Of a stretch of DNA of 64,000 nt, positions 38,702 through 51,870 are shown in pieces (positions within the stretch are counted from its first letter, which is position 1; each line of letters starts with the position of its first letter). The stretch spans positions 4,960,001-5,024,000 of the forward strand of contig CM035357.1 of assembly GCA_020137815.1 (NCBI GenBank), read 5' to 3'. The notes under the pieces are model-generated. The model saw nothing but the letters and a program-made list of their open reading frames with translations, was not told the origin of the DNA and made no database searches. The translations under genes and the position numbers were made by a program. The stretch comes from Hormiphora californensis. Taxonomy: Eukaryota > Animalia > Ctenophora.

Positions 38702-39256
38702 TGATTCACACCTCACCGTGTCTAGTGGCTGCTCTGCACCGTTTCACCCCTCAGGTCCCTAGTGGGTTGGCCCGTTAAGTAGTTTATTGTTAGCTGTCAG
38801 GCCAATGCTCTGACCACAGTTCTCGCGCGCTCCGAGAGAAACGAGAATGGGTCAGATAGGTGCGGAGGAGTGAGTACCACTACGAGAACACTAGAGGTGC
38901 TTTCAGTATTGCTGCACCTAAATTATGGAATCAGCTACCGCGATCAATCCGGGACTCAGAATCCCTTACTACTTTTAAAACATCCCTGAAGACGCACTTG
39001 TTCTTTAGAGCATACAAGAATTACAAGAATTACAAGAATTACAAATAAGTTTTGGTATTGTACACAATCAATAGTCAAAATAATACCACGCACTCAGCCT
39101 AAGCATCCACGTGAAGTGTTGTGATAAGTGGGAATGAAGGTTACTTGCCTTCCGTCAGCAGACTAAAGAGCGAGTTGTCCCCAGTTGTGTGGTATCCTGT
39201 GACCGGAGGTCTGTCGGGAAGTGTGTCGAGAAATCTGCCCAGATTGACTTTTAGGT

Positions 39257-40100
39257 CAAAGACCTAGGAGTCCTTGTTTCAACAAACTGTGCATGGTCGG
39301 AGCATATCGGCAGCATCACGACAAAGGCTCGTCGGATGAGTGGATGGGCACTTAGTGTGTTTCGGGATAGATCGGATGACACCATGCTAACCCTACTCAA
39401 ATCCATCGTCAGACCCCAGGTTGAATACTGTTGTCCCCTATGGAACCCTGTCAAAAAGTCAGATATTGCACTGGTTGAGGAGGCACAGAGACAATTCACC
39501 CGCAGGATCGCGAGTTGTTCGGGCATGAATTACTGGGACAGACTCCATCACCTCAAAATCCTGTCCCTTCAACGGCGCCGAGAACGATATATAATTATCC
39601 ACGTCTGGAAGGTCCTGCATAAGGTAGTACCAAACAGTACGAGTCTCTTGTTTACAGAGCACCCACGCCTTGGCACCAGAGCGGTAATTCCTCGGTATAA
39701 CTACTTGGCCCAAAAATCCATCTCTGGCCCCTATGACTCATCATTCGGCGTAAAAGGAGCTCAGTTGTGGAATGCAGTGCCTCGGGTAGTGAGATCTTCA
39801 GCTTCCCTACTCGAGCTAAAGCAGTCGCTCGGTAAATATCTGTCCACCATCCCTGACCAGCCACCGGTTCGTGGGTATAGTGTTCAGCACAGTAACTCCC
39901 TGTTGGACTGGAGAAACGATCCGAGTGTTTTCAGAGAGTAAATCATTCAGGGGTGTTTTGCTTTTCTATGTTGTTTGGCTGCCCATTAAAACCCGACTCC
40001 TTTTGGTGTCTGAGTGTTAGCTCTTTTTGAGCTGAAACTTTGTGTACAATGCTTAATTTATTTATGAATGTTTATGAATGTTTATGAATGTTTATGAATG
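39257..40100 (+). mobile_element. 5'-truncated CR1-group LINE inserted antisense into the previous element
   Basis: KDLGVLV..VEYCCPLWNP..SLQRRRERY; (TTTATGAATG)n tail; TSD TAGGT. Confidence 0.88.
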
Positions 40101-42037
40101 TAGGTTGTCAACAGATGTAGATAGACGAACTGATGTCGGCATCCTGTTGAAGAGTTGGATAGCTCGTATCCCAAAGGATTCCTCTCGAAGAGTCTGGACT
40201 GATTTTTGAGCAGTGTGATGGATTTGTGGGAGATGGGCCTTTGGTCCATGACGAAGATGATTGTAGAAGGATATGTTCGTGCTGTTTGGTACCATCTCGT
40301 GAAGTATCTTCCATACCTGAATTATCATGTACCGTTCTCTTCTTCTTTGTAGAGAAAGAATCCTCAGATACTTAATCCTTTCCCAATAGTCCATACCTTC
40401 ACATTCTTTCACCCGTCGAGTGAAGAATCTCTGTACGGTTTCCAGTTGAGCAATATCTTTGATTTTACACGGTGACCAAAGTGGGGAACAATACTCCAGC
40501 TTTGGCCTAATCAAAGACTTTAGTAGTGTCAGCATCGTTCCTTCAGATCGGTCTCTGAATACTCCCAAAGTCCACCCGGCCAGGCGCTTAGCCTCCTTCG
40601 AAATGATGCTGATATGGGTTTCCCAGGAGGCGTCGTCCGTCATGTAAATCCCCAGATCCTTAACACAGTAGGCTGGCTCGATGGCTTCACCCGATGTGCT
40701 GTTGTATCGGTAGCACTGGACATTGAAGGGAAGTGCCCGCAGGAATATTGTATTGTTCAATCTGTAATTCATAACTTCGTACTTGTCTTCATGAAGTAAC
40801 ATGTTGTTGTTTCTCGACCAGATTGCGATGTCGTCCAGGTCCTTTTGAAGGGCTTCTTGGTCTTCCAGCTCTTTAATAGCTCTACGGTTCTTTGTATCAT
40901 CTGCAAACGTTAGTGGGTGTCCGCTTGTCCATTCCACTAGATCGGCTATATACAAGATGAAGAGAAGAGGCCCAAGCACGGACCCCTGAATCACACTACT
41001 CAAGACCGGTTCTGATCTTGAGAACTTTCCTTCCAGAGCCACCTTTTGGGTTCTTCCAGTCAAAAAAGCCTCAATCCACCCTAGTAGCTTTCCTCTTACT
41101 CCATATTTCCTTAGTTTACCTAGGAGAATCTTGATATCCACCTTGTCAAACGTTCGGTAGATCGAGGCCAGTATCGTGTGACATCGGGGTATATAGACAG
41201 CAATCATGTTGTTGAAATCGTCACTAATTGAGGTTGTATCGGTGACAATGAGGGAACTGTGAATAAGAAGTGCACATCCGCCCCCAGTCCTAAACTCCCG
41301 ATCAGATCTGAAAAGGTTGTACCCTGGAACATGAACTTGGGCATCTTCGATCCGTCCGTCCCACCATGTTTCGGTGAGACTTACTGCAGCAACTGGAAGC
41401 TTAGAGGAGGTTATCAAGTCCGCCACGTACCGCATTTTCCATTTTGTTTGGCTCCCCGCAGATGGGTTGAGACTTCGCCCGTTCAGAAGGATAAGGTTTG
41501 AGCCTTTAACCTTACCTCCGTATACATCGTTGCGTTTTTTGTTTAACGTGCACTTTGAGTGAGGGTTATCCCAGGTGGTATACTCCAGGACACGTTCGAC
41601 TGGTTTGGACTTGTTTTCTGTTTGTTGACCTCGTTTGCTACAAGGCCTGACAGTTTGTCCGACAGCCTCACCAAGAGGCGCTCGAAAAAATCCTCTTCCT
41701 TGCTCCTGTTATCGGTCTCCTCTCTGGAAGGGTTCCTGGGTCTGTTCCAGCCGGTCTGTGAGCTGTTGCTGGCGTTTCTGGTTCGGGACCTGGACCTGTC
41801 TCTGTTTTCGGAACTGTTGTTACGGGATCGGGGCTGATGGTTCGAGGAGGTTTTGCGGTTTCGGTCTCCAGCTACCTTCCATCCTTCATCATCATCGTCA
41901 TATCATACATACAACCAATGATCGGCAAAATAATCCTCACTTCCCTACATTTGGTACATCCACATGGATTCCTGAGTAACTACTGTCTCCAACTCCTATT
42001 CCTGATTCCTGGGCTCCCTTTTTCTCGTGTATTCCTT

Positions 42038-42690
42038 CACATCGATACCTGGGTCCTCTACTCCTACCTCCTCCACATCGATCCCTGGGTCCTTTACTCC
42101 TACCTCCCCCACATCGATCCCTGAGTCCTCTACTCCTACCTTGCTCCACATCGATCCCTGGGTCTTTTCCCAACCTCCTTCACATCGATCCCTGGGTCCT
42201 TTACTCCTACCTCCTCCACATCGATTCCTGGGTCCTTTACCTACCTTGCTCCACATCGATACCTGGGTCCTTTACTCCTACCTCCTCCACATCGATCCCT
42301 GAGTCCTTTACTCCTACCTCCTCCACATCGATTCCTGGGTCCTTTCCCTACCTTGCTCCACATCGATCCCTGGGTCTTTTCCCAACCTCCTTCACATCGA
42401 TCCCTGGGTCCTTTACTCCTACCTCCTCCACATCGATCCTGGGTCCTTTCCCTACCTTGCTCCACATCGATCCCTGGGTCCTCTACTTCTACCTGCTCCA
42501 CATCGATCCCTGGGTCCTTTACTCCTACCTCCTCCACATCGATCCCTGGGTCCTTTACTCCTACCTCCTCCACATCGATCCCTGGGTCCTTTACTCCTAC
42601 CTTGCTCCTCATCGATCCCTGGGTCCTTTACTCCTACCTCCTCCACATCGATCCCTGGGTCCTCTTCCTTGCGCTGCTCCATATCGAGCA
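42038..42690. repeat. About 36-bp minisatellite (cacatcgatccctgggtcctttactcctacctcctc)
   Basis: More than 15 degenerate copies. Confidence 0.9.
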
Positions 42691-43052
42691 CATCCTCATT
42701 CCTCATTCTACAAACTATTCACAACATCCCTTCTACACGCTACTCATCACTTGTTATCACGACAGTTTATTGATTCTGTTTTTTGTACATACAATGTGAT
42801 ATTGAAGAGTGTTTGAATTAGACGAGATAACCCAGCTAGAGGTAGCTACGGGCGGAAACGTCCGCATGTTGGACATATTTATTTTTAATATTTGTGAACC
42901 AATATGTTTAGTGTATTAGCGGGGTGTCAATAATTACATTTATTTAATTTATTGACATTATAAATATAATTTTAATCTTGTAATCTTGTAATCTTGCTCT
43001 GACAGATTGTTAGGGTTAAAGTTGAAAAGCGCTGCCTTATCCCCCTGCTTAT

Positions 43053-43442
43053 AAGGAACCATAATAAAGTTCAAGAGCCTCCAAGAGCGCACCACAATCA
43101 AGAGAGACCAAAATCAAGAGCACACCACATTACCACAATCAAGAGAGACCAAAATCAAGAGCACACCACAATCAAGAGAGACCAAATCAAGAGCGCACCA
43201 CAATCAAGAGAGACCAAATCAAGAGCGCACCTCATCCAAGAGAGCTCCCTATCCAGAAGATACCAGATGTGGTGCGCTCTTGAATTTGGTCTCTCTTGAT
43301 TGTGGTGCGCTCTTGATTTCGTCTCTCTTGATTGTGGTGTGCTCTTGATTTTGGTCTCTCTTGATTGTGGTGTGCTCTTGATTTTGGCCTCTCTTGATTG
43401 TGGTGCGCTCTTGGAGGCTCTTGAACTTTATTATGTTTCCTT
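43053..43442. mobile_element. AT-target foldback element, copy 2
   Basis: Same TIR as 12562-12945; subterminal aagagcgcaccacaatcaagagagacc repeats. Confidence 0.85.
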
Positions 43443-43802
43443 ATCGGGGGCCAGTAACGTTTGCCAAGGGCTAAAGTAGGGCTAGGATTAAGCCTTGACA
43501 TTTCCTACCAGATAAACTTTGAATTTGCCAAAACGGTTGAGTGGTTCGACGGTTAGAGCCGTTTTAGTGAATCAACTTTTTTGGCCCTAACCCAGATCGT
43601 AAAACGGCGCCCGTCACCAAACACCCATATAAAAAACTGGTCTCTGCGGGGTATCAAATGTAACAATTGAATTGAATCAGTCAGGTCGTGCTTGCTCACC
43701 AATCCCTTAAGTCTTTCACCTTTCGAGACCACTGGAGTTTCACCAAGGTCCGGGAACCAGTCCTTATCGTTACCATCCGTCGTTTCAGGCAGTCTAATAT
43801 TA

Positions 43803-45023
43803 CAGTCGGACCCCGATTTACCGGGCCCCGATTTACCGGAACCCCGATTTACCGGGAGGAATTCTTTCCCCCGATTTTTTTTGGAAAATTTTCGAAGTTT
43901 GGCCGGTTGGTAAACTTGCATTTGCAATTTGCTAGGTCTAATGGGGATCACGTATCGGTTCGTTTCGAACCGTCTAATTAGCGGCAGGACATGTGATAAG
44001 ATGCACCGATTCGAAACACGATTCGAACGTGGCTGGTATACCTTAGAAAAATTTCATAACTTTTTTTTGCAAAATTTTACAGAATCATTGTCAATGCTTT
44101 GATCGATGCTCCCCGTCAATTTTCAGAGAAAAAGTTATTTTGAAATTTTGATACTTTCTCACCCCGCTTAGGGTGCCCAGATTCGGCATGGTATCACGTA
44201 TCGGTTCGTTTCGAACCGTCTAATTAGCGGCAGGTCACGTGATAATATGCACCGATTCGAAACACGATTCAAACGTGGCTGGTATACATTATAAAAATTT
44301 TATAACTTTTTTTTGCAAAATTTTACAGAATCATTGTCAATGCTTTGATCGACGCTCCCCGTAAATTTTCAGAGAAAAAGTTATTTTGAAACTTTGATAC
44401 TTTCTCACCCCGCTTAGGGTGCCCAGATTCGGCATGGTATCACGTATCGGTTCGTTTCGAACCGTCTAATTAGCGGCAGGTCACGTGATAATATGCACCG
44501 ATTCGAAACACGATTCAAACGTGGCTGGTATACATTAGAAAAATTTTATAACTTTTTTTGCAAAATTTTACAGAATCATTGTCAATGCTTTGATCGACGC
44601 TCCCCGTAAATTTTCAGAGAAAAAGTTATTTTGAAACTTTGATACTTCCTCACCCCGCTTAGGGTGCCCAGATTCGGCATGGTATCACGTATCGGTTCGT
44701 TTCGAACCGTCTAATTAGCGGCAGGACACGTGATAAGATGCACCGATTCGAAACACGATTCGGACTCGGTCGGGGTGGTTTACCTTAGAAAAAGTTTTTA
44801 CATTTTTTTTTGAATTTTTAAATTTTCTATTTCTAATGACAGAAGCAATGATCATATTGTCATCAATAAATGTATAATATACAATTAGAGGTGTCTTGGT
44901 ATAGAATTTTGGACAAAAGTAGGATTTATGGGTCAAATATGCTCTACCCCGATATACCGGGCACCCCGATTTACCGGGCAAAATGGCTTCCCCCGAGGAT
45001 CCCGGTAAATCGGGGTCCGACTG
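43803..45023. mobile_element. Tc1/mariner-pogo-type non-autonomous element with about 3.3 internal 246-bp tandem repeats
   Basis: TA-CAGTCGGACCCCGATTTACCGGG ... CCCGGTAAATCGGGGTCCGACTG-TA; repeat starts at 43951, 44197, 44443, 44688. Confidence 0.88.
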
Positions 45024-46999
45024 TATATAACATTATCAAGTTGTTGGTTCGATCTTCAGAGGCACTGGGTAAGAGCAGATACACAACGGTGACGGGCGGC
45101 GGCAGTCTCTTAAAACAGTGGACATGGCGTAGCTCACAATCCCCTGTAGTTTGTACATCACTGATACTCTTCTCCAGTAGGGAATCCTTGCGATTATAGC
45201 TAGAGTATCCTCGAACTAACCTCGCCCTGTAAAGCAATGATTTTGGTACCGCTCTAACAACTCATCCTTGGGGGTATCAAGACGCCAATGTCACCAAGGC
45301 GGTTCCTGTTGGTCCTCAGATCGTTTAGGACTTCCATGGTGTCATTCGCCAGGGAACTGATATTAGGTGTGTGTTATCATCTTTCTTCTCCTCTATATGC
45401 TTCCTTGAGTCGCCTTACACTGTGTCCGTGTATGCTGTATGGACAATTCAACTGCTTCCAGTTCCTGGCCATTTGGGAAAGAGTTGAATTGTTCATTGTG
45501 TCAGGCGACTCAAGGAAAGAGGCAATGATCGGTACCAAAGAATACCAGCCATGTCTATGTAAGCGATTATCAGTTATCTTCTGCTTTTTAGGTGGTATCT
45601 AGTCTTTTCAAGTAGTTGTTCTTCAATTTGCTCCGGTCAAGCCCCCTTCCCTATCTTTTGGGTTCAGAGTTCTCGAGTCGTCTATGCCTGATAAAACTGT
45701 GATTCACGCGAGTTAACCACAGGGGTCACTCCCTCCACACACCATGAATTGTTCAATGTAATTTTTTCTGTCAGAGAATAGGCCTGACCCTATTTTTATT
45801 TCTGTTCTGCACGTGGAGCACGCTAGAACCGCGGTCAGAGCATTTGCCTGACAGTTTTAAAAATAATGACTTTGAACTTTTTTATCGCTGTTTGTAGGGA
45901 AGTAAATAAATAAATCATTATAGTGGTTTATGTGTATTTTCGGCTAAAGGGTTAGCGACGTCTGGGTGTTTGGTCGTACACCACCGACTCCATGGTAGAT
46001 TACTTTTTTGTTCCACTAGCCCGCAGTATTACAAATATATTGAAAAATAATCGAGGCTATCAAACAAATGACCACCTATCAAACCCAAGCATGTACTGTT
46101 CGAGAGACTTCATCATTGAGCTGTCTGGCGCCGCGACCCCATCTGCAGGGTCTGGCGCCGCCACACTGTCATAGAGGAGATATAAAATCCCTGCTAAGTG
46201 ATAAATCGTGGACTGAAGCCATCATGGATGGAAAGGATTGTTGACATGGTTAGTGTGGATTTTATTGATAATTTATTCTTACAAGGCTTTTAGTGGGAAT
46301 ACTTCTTGAGTTACTCAACAACACTTTGTTGTCAATCTGGCTCTCTGATTGGTCACGCTTGTGCGTCTTCTTACCGTTTTGGCCAAATCCCATATTATTC
46401 AGATACCCGATACCGTATTCCCATTACAAGTAGCCTTGTAAGCACCTCAGCTATAGCTGTCTTCAGTCTGGGATGCGCATATATTGAGACCAATACTAAA
46501 ATGATACCACTTTTCTCTTTACATAACAAGTTTTATTTAACAACAGAATAAAATTCGGACATAGTCAGCGGCGTGAAAGCAATATAAACAGCTGAGAAGT
46601 TCCAAACACACACACATGATTTGCAGTGAGAATAGAACTGGCACAGAACTATTTGTGTTACCTAATGTATAGAAACCAATACTACACACAATCATGAATG
46701 ATGAATCCATGATACACTCAGCTGCAGTGACTACTCGATATATATCTCAACTTTAATCGTTTTCGTTATCGTCAGCTCAAATATTATATTGTATTTAAAT
46801 GTATATCTAATCCACTGTAAAAGTCCTAAGCAAGCTAAATACAAGAAAATGGTGTAAAAACAAACTCTCTGCATATATACCTACAGATCGCTACACAACG
46901 TGCTCTCCGTGTTGATCCCCGAAGAAAATATAATACAAATGCTCACAATTCCACCAGATCAGGTGTCAGATGAAAAGCTCTACTCACAATTAAATGTGC

Positions 47000-48261
47000 T
47001 CACATTTTCTCTCTCTCATACACAAAGCTAAACTTGGACACAATAATAGTCATTGGGAGTGCAAGAAAAACGATGCCTAGAGTGAGAACAAATCCACCAA
47101 AGAGTTTCCCACCTGCGCTCTGAGGATACATATCCCCATATCCCACCGTTGTTATGGTAACAATAACCCACCAACAACTCTGCATGATACTGTCAAAGTC
47201 CTTGTTATAGGCGCTCTCAATGTAGTACATGATCGAACCGAACGTAATGACAAAGATGAACAACAGACAGACGAGGAGGATGAGTTCCCGTTTAGCATTG
47301 CTAACTGCCTTCATGATAATCAACAGATCTCTGGAGTGTCTGATGAACTTGAATATACGAACAATACGGAAGATCCTACAGACTCGGAGGACCACGTATG
47401 CTTGTTTATTGTCCATACTGTCTTCCCCGCCATTGCCAACACCATTTGCCATGAGGCCCACGTAAAAGGGGAGGATCGAGAGGAAATCCAAAACGTTGAA
47501 GAAGTTCTTCCAGAAGTCAATTGGGCGAGGCCACGTCAGTAATCTTATAGTGAAATCAAAGGTAAAAAAACCCATAATCACGCAATTAACAATGAACAGA
47601 TACCAAAAGTATGTTGCGTTTTTGTCCGTGAATTGTTGTTTGAATTTCGGCTCCGACTCGAAGATAAGGAACGCTATGGAAACACAGATGAAGGCAATGT
47701 CGAAGCCATGCCAGACCGCTGCAACTTTGGAAGAACGGGGATCCTGGAGGAAATTATGAATTTTCATTCTACACGATTGGATACAGTCCACCCCAGATGT
47801 AGAATCACCATCCGGAATGTAAACAGCTAACTCTCGCTCCTTTTTGATACCAAAGAATTCCTTCTCCTTGGCATAGACATCAGGATCTACGTTGAGTGGG
47901 GGTGCTTCCTTCCCCGTCTGGTAGTAGTGCAGGATAGAGTCAAAACAGGGTCGGTGCTTGTTGAAGTAGAACGCATCGAGTTTATCAGACCAGTATTTGT
48001 TACGCCGCTCAGGATTGCCAAGGAGGGTCGCTGGAAATTGATTCAGGGAGGTGTATGTTGTCACAAAGTTCGTACCCGAAACATTTATCGTCACCTAAAA
48101 TAAGGGCAAACGAACGTTACATGACGTGTGAACTGATGTCAGGCAAATAATAAAGCTCGTTTTAGAGACTTTTAATGTTTGAGACTTATATTATTCCACT
48201 CACCAAATCATCATCATTTGTCACTTCATCTTCCTCTGTAACTGTCGTCCCTTTTGCCTGC
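47000..48261 (-). CDS. Shaker-family voltage-gated K+ channel, constant exons (48261-48204 and 48094-47000)
   Basis: T1 domain INVSGTNF..QFPATLLG..FDSILHYYQTG; S4 LRVCRIFRIVRIFKFIRHS; pore WWVIVTITTVGYGDMYP; exon 48261 requires a phase-2 upstream exon. Confidence 0.95.
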
Positions 48262-49675
48262 CTGAGGAAGAGGGGGGTTAGAAATATTATCGATGTATCT
48301 CTCCTTATAATTTGGCCTGAGTAAGGGCTCTTCCACCCCTTGGCCCTTACTCAACAAGCCAAGATCTGAAAGTTATATTATGACTACAATTTTACCACGA
48401 TTTATACACGATTTCTCCATTCATCCCAGCAATTGATGCAATGAAAAGTTATATTTGTAGCTCATTTTGCGATGATCATCACCGTACGGTAACTTTTCTT
48501 GAATTGTGTGGCTATCTCTCCCACCGCACCGCTAATTTTCTTGCAGTGTCGCGGAATTGGTGGGCAATTAACAAATCTCTTGGTGAGAACCACGGAATCT
48601 TCACTGAAGACTAAACTCACTATAATCCAAATAAATTAATATATAATCCAATGACGGTAAATTCATAAAACTCTCTAATTGTAAGCCTCAAAATATGGAG
48701 AAAAAATAAAAACAGAGTTGGTAGATTTATCGAACCTTTTAGTGAAGCATATATTCATTGATCCTTCTTCACAACATGCACACATGGATCAGAAAGTTTT
48801 ACACGGGTGTCTTTATCAATGGTGTGTGGGTGGGTCGTAGGGTGATATTTCCAAGGTTTGTGTGAATAGTGAATAGGTGGTTGTAGGGTGTACAAATAGA
48901 AGGCGTACACACAACAAGAGTGCACATGGTGAATGACAGTGTGTAAAATAACAAGGTAGAAACTGTGATGGTATTGCACAATGGATCCCATTGTGTGACC
49001 ATGTGCAGTAACTAGGAAGGCATCGTCGAAACAGGGTATCATTTGATGCAGGTGTGTTTGTTTGTTAGTGCTGCGATTCGGACTATGCAAAGCATATCGC
49101 CTCAAACGCTCCAAGGAGCTTTGGAGCTCCCTATACATATGAAAGTTGTTGAGTACTCAACAATATGAAAGGGAATCTGGATCATCGAAACAATCGAAAC
49201 AGAATGGGTATAATAAGGCGAGATGTAGATGTGTAACAAAATACAAGTTTTGGAGAAGTGCAATGCGTGGAAGAAACACGAGCAACAGCTCTCTCTCTAT
49301 CTCCTGCTGCACGAACAAGGAGTTGGGTAAAACAGACTTTTAAACGAAAACAAGATAGAGAGGGGAGAGAGGTAGAGAGGCTGGTGGGGGAAACACTTTC
49401 AACACCCTGCTATTATATGATACACGCAGTACGCTAGAGGTGTTCCTACCAAGCACGTGTGGAATGAGCGGAATTTTAGTTTCACAGCTACGGTAGAGTT
49501 GTGGAGTCTACAGTAGATACACAGTAGATAGCACTTGCATTCAGCTCAGAGAATCAATTATTAGTTACAGGATCTGTTAGAACCTCATGCCAGATGAAAC
49601 AAGTTCTATAAGTTCAACCACTAGCCGGTGTTGACAAGCTACTTAATTCAAAGTCTGGAACCGAAATTAGCACTA

Positions 49676-49903
49676 AAGGTCCCCCCAAACTACTATGTCC
49701 CTTGCTGCGCGCGACCGGATTTTAGATGGCCATAGCTCCACCCCCTGATAAGATAGAGACTTGAAATTTGTTTTGAGAGGAGATCATGTCGAGTTCTTCC
49801 TGCAAAACAAATTTCAAGTCTCTATCTCATCAGGGAGTGGAGTTATGACCGTGGGAAATTTTACAAAACCCGAGTGAGGGACATAGTAGTTTGGGGTGTA
49901 CTT
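49676..49903. mobile_element. TA-flanked MITE with AAG...CTT ends, related to 24718-24914
   Basis: ccccaaactactatgtccct TIR; shared catagctccac..gatagagacttgaaatttg core. Confidence 0.8.
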
Positions 49904-50068
49904 TAGTACTATTCGTGGTGGTGTGAAAACTGAAAAGTCTTGAATTAAAAGTAAATAACACTTTTACAATAAACTAAACAATCCACTAGGGACATCAGCG
50001 GTGAAACTGTGCAGCAGCCCTAGTTAGACGGGTGTGAATCACTGGTGTGGTTTGTGCAGAAAATTAAA

Positions 50069-51340
50069 GTTGTTGTTGTTGTTGTTGTATGCGCCTCCGC
50101 TTCCAATCCTCTACTTGTGATTTTATCCCGTCCGGCAGCCAGTTCCTCACGCCCGAGAAGGACGGAGCTCAGGTTCCAGAGTTTCCTCTTTCCCCCGGGA
50201 GAGTTTTCTTCCTCCGTCTTATGTCCATGGTTTTGGAGATAAGGGTGGAATCGTCTCCCATAACTATCTTAACAGGTCCCATGAAGAGGACCGCACCAGC
50301 ACTGTTTTCACATTGTGCCAGTCTCGGATATCTCCAGCGACCCTTGGTGAGTGGCATCTCAGCATTGATCGCTTTAGATGTGGCCTTGGCTAGGACAATT
50401 CGGACGCTCCATTGACTATGGCACCTTTGTAGATTTTGCGCTGCCAACCTCTGATTTGTAATCAGTACTCCATGTGGGTTCATGGAACATCACTTTTTGT
50501 TCGTGATGCAGATGCAGCGTCCGGCCGTTCATGGGGTAGTTAGGGCAGGTTCCTTCCCAATTAACGGAACTCTGGCGTGTGAAATGTTTAGTGGGTTAGG
50601 TATCTATGTGCGTCACTCATAGAAATTTGTTTTGTAGCATGGGATAGTGGTTTGTTCTGTTTGTTGATCAGGTTTTTGTGGAGGCTTGTTTGTTGGTAGA
50701 GATGGATGATGTTGGTTTGTTACCTTCATCGTTTGGGGGGTAATCGCCATTTGGGAATCTCGTACGCTTCTCATGGACTTTTGAAGAAGCGTAGGTAGTA
50801 GCGAGGCTACTGGTTAGTGTAGTTTCTCCCTGTTGGGCTACGGAAAAACCCCTTGAGTTTATCTCGACCACGGCGTGGGAATTTTGCCGAGAGTCGGTGG
50901 TAGCTAACCAGTTATGACCTAGCCTGTTAGACCTTTTATACCTGTCCAGAGGCTAGGTGGACAGAAGGTAGAGGGAGGCCAGTTGAGATTAGACCTCCTC
51001 CAGCCTGGACTTTTGCTGGAGGACGGGTTTTGGCCGGTATTTAGCCATCTACTTTGGCCCAGTGCACAAGGCTGGGGAGATGGTGTAATACCGGCCGGGG
51101 GGTATCTCTATTCAGAGAGAGATGAGTCATGAGCGGATTAGAGAAAGGAAGAGAGAAAAACACACCACCCAAGGAGGGCAGCTCTGTTTCCTTGGAGTGG
51201 TATGTGAGATGCTCCAGGCAGTTCAAGAGCTTCATGGTTTACCCCGGGGTATGCCGGGTCACCCCTGAAGATTCCCTGCCTGGTCTGTAGGACACTATTG
51301 CTATCTAAAAAAATAGACATTAGCCGCGGCCTGCAACTCA
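50069..51340 (-). mobile_element. Probable degraded retroelement fragment
   Basis: Coding-like composition with broken frames and a (CAA)n tail; no diagnostic motif recognised. Confidence 0.25.
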
Positions 51341-51398
51341 AGGGCGTGGGAAGGAATCTCACCCTCCAGAAAATTAAAGTTAAGTCACACACTCTTAC

Positions 51399-51478
51399 CC
51401 TCCTCCTCCGATGAGTTCAGTGCTGCTTCTGCTATTCAAAACTTTGTTAAATTTACTGTTACACGCTGCCCCCTTCAT
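51399..51478 (-). CDS. Kv variable first exon A: MKGAACNSKFNKVLNSRSSTELIGGGG
   Basis: 80 nt = 26 codons + 2; donor GTAAGA. Confidence 0.55.
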
Positions 51479-51667
51479 TTTCACGACGATCCAAAGGCCT
51501 CTAAGGATCTAATATATCCGGAAAACTTCTGCTCAAGCGGTATACAGCAATCCCCGACTAGAAAGCAACAGAAGCTGATGCAGATTTCACCTCCTCCTCC
51601 TTCTCCCGTTCATTTAACTAGATTAACCCAATCAAGTAAGAATGCAGTTTGATTAGGTTAACAGCAC

Positions 51668-51799
51668 CTCTTTCTCTCCCTCATTCTCTACCTTCTCTCT
51701 TTCCTTCTCTCTTTCTCTCTCTCCTTCTCTCTTTCTCTTTCTCCTTCTCTTTCTCCTTCTCTATCTCCTTCTCTCTCTCATTCTCTCTCCTCTCTCTCT

Positions 51800-51844
<45 letters not shown>

Positions 51845-51870
51845 TTCTCTCTTTCTTTCTTTCTCTCGTC
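51668..51870. repeat. CT-rich microsatellite
   Basis: Directly visible. Confidence 0.9.

Larger units (their letters stand above)
39018..42787 (-). mobile_element. CR1-group LINE with ORF1 remnant and internally deleted ORF2 (APE fused to RT)
   Basis: SLTETWW, GYNLFRSDR..GGGC (APE); QGSVLGPLLF, FADDTK, KDLGI, LEYCSPLWSP, SLQRRRERY (RT); C-terminus continues at 39256-39141. Confidence 0.88.
38857..42996 (+). mobile_element. 5'-truncated L2/Crack-type LINE 3' end, split by a CR1-type insertion
   Basis: AFSIAAPKLWNQLP..FKTSLKTHLFFRAY rejoins NVILKSV* across TSD CATACAA (39011-39017 / 42788-42794); (AATCTTGT)n tail. Confidence 0.75.
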
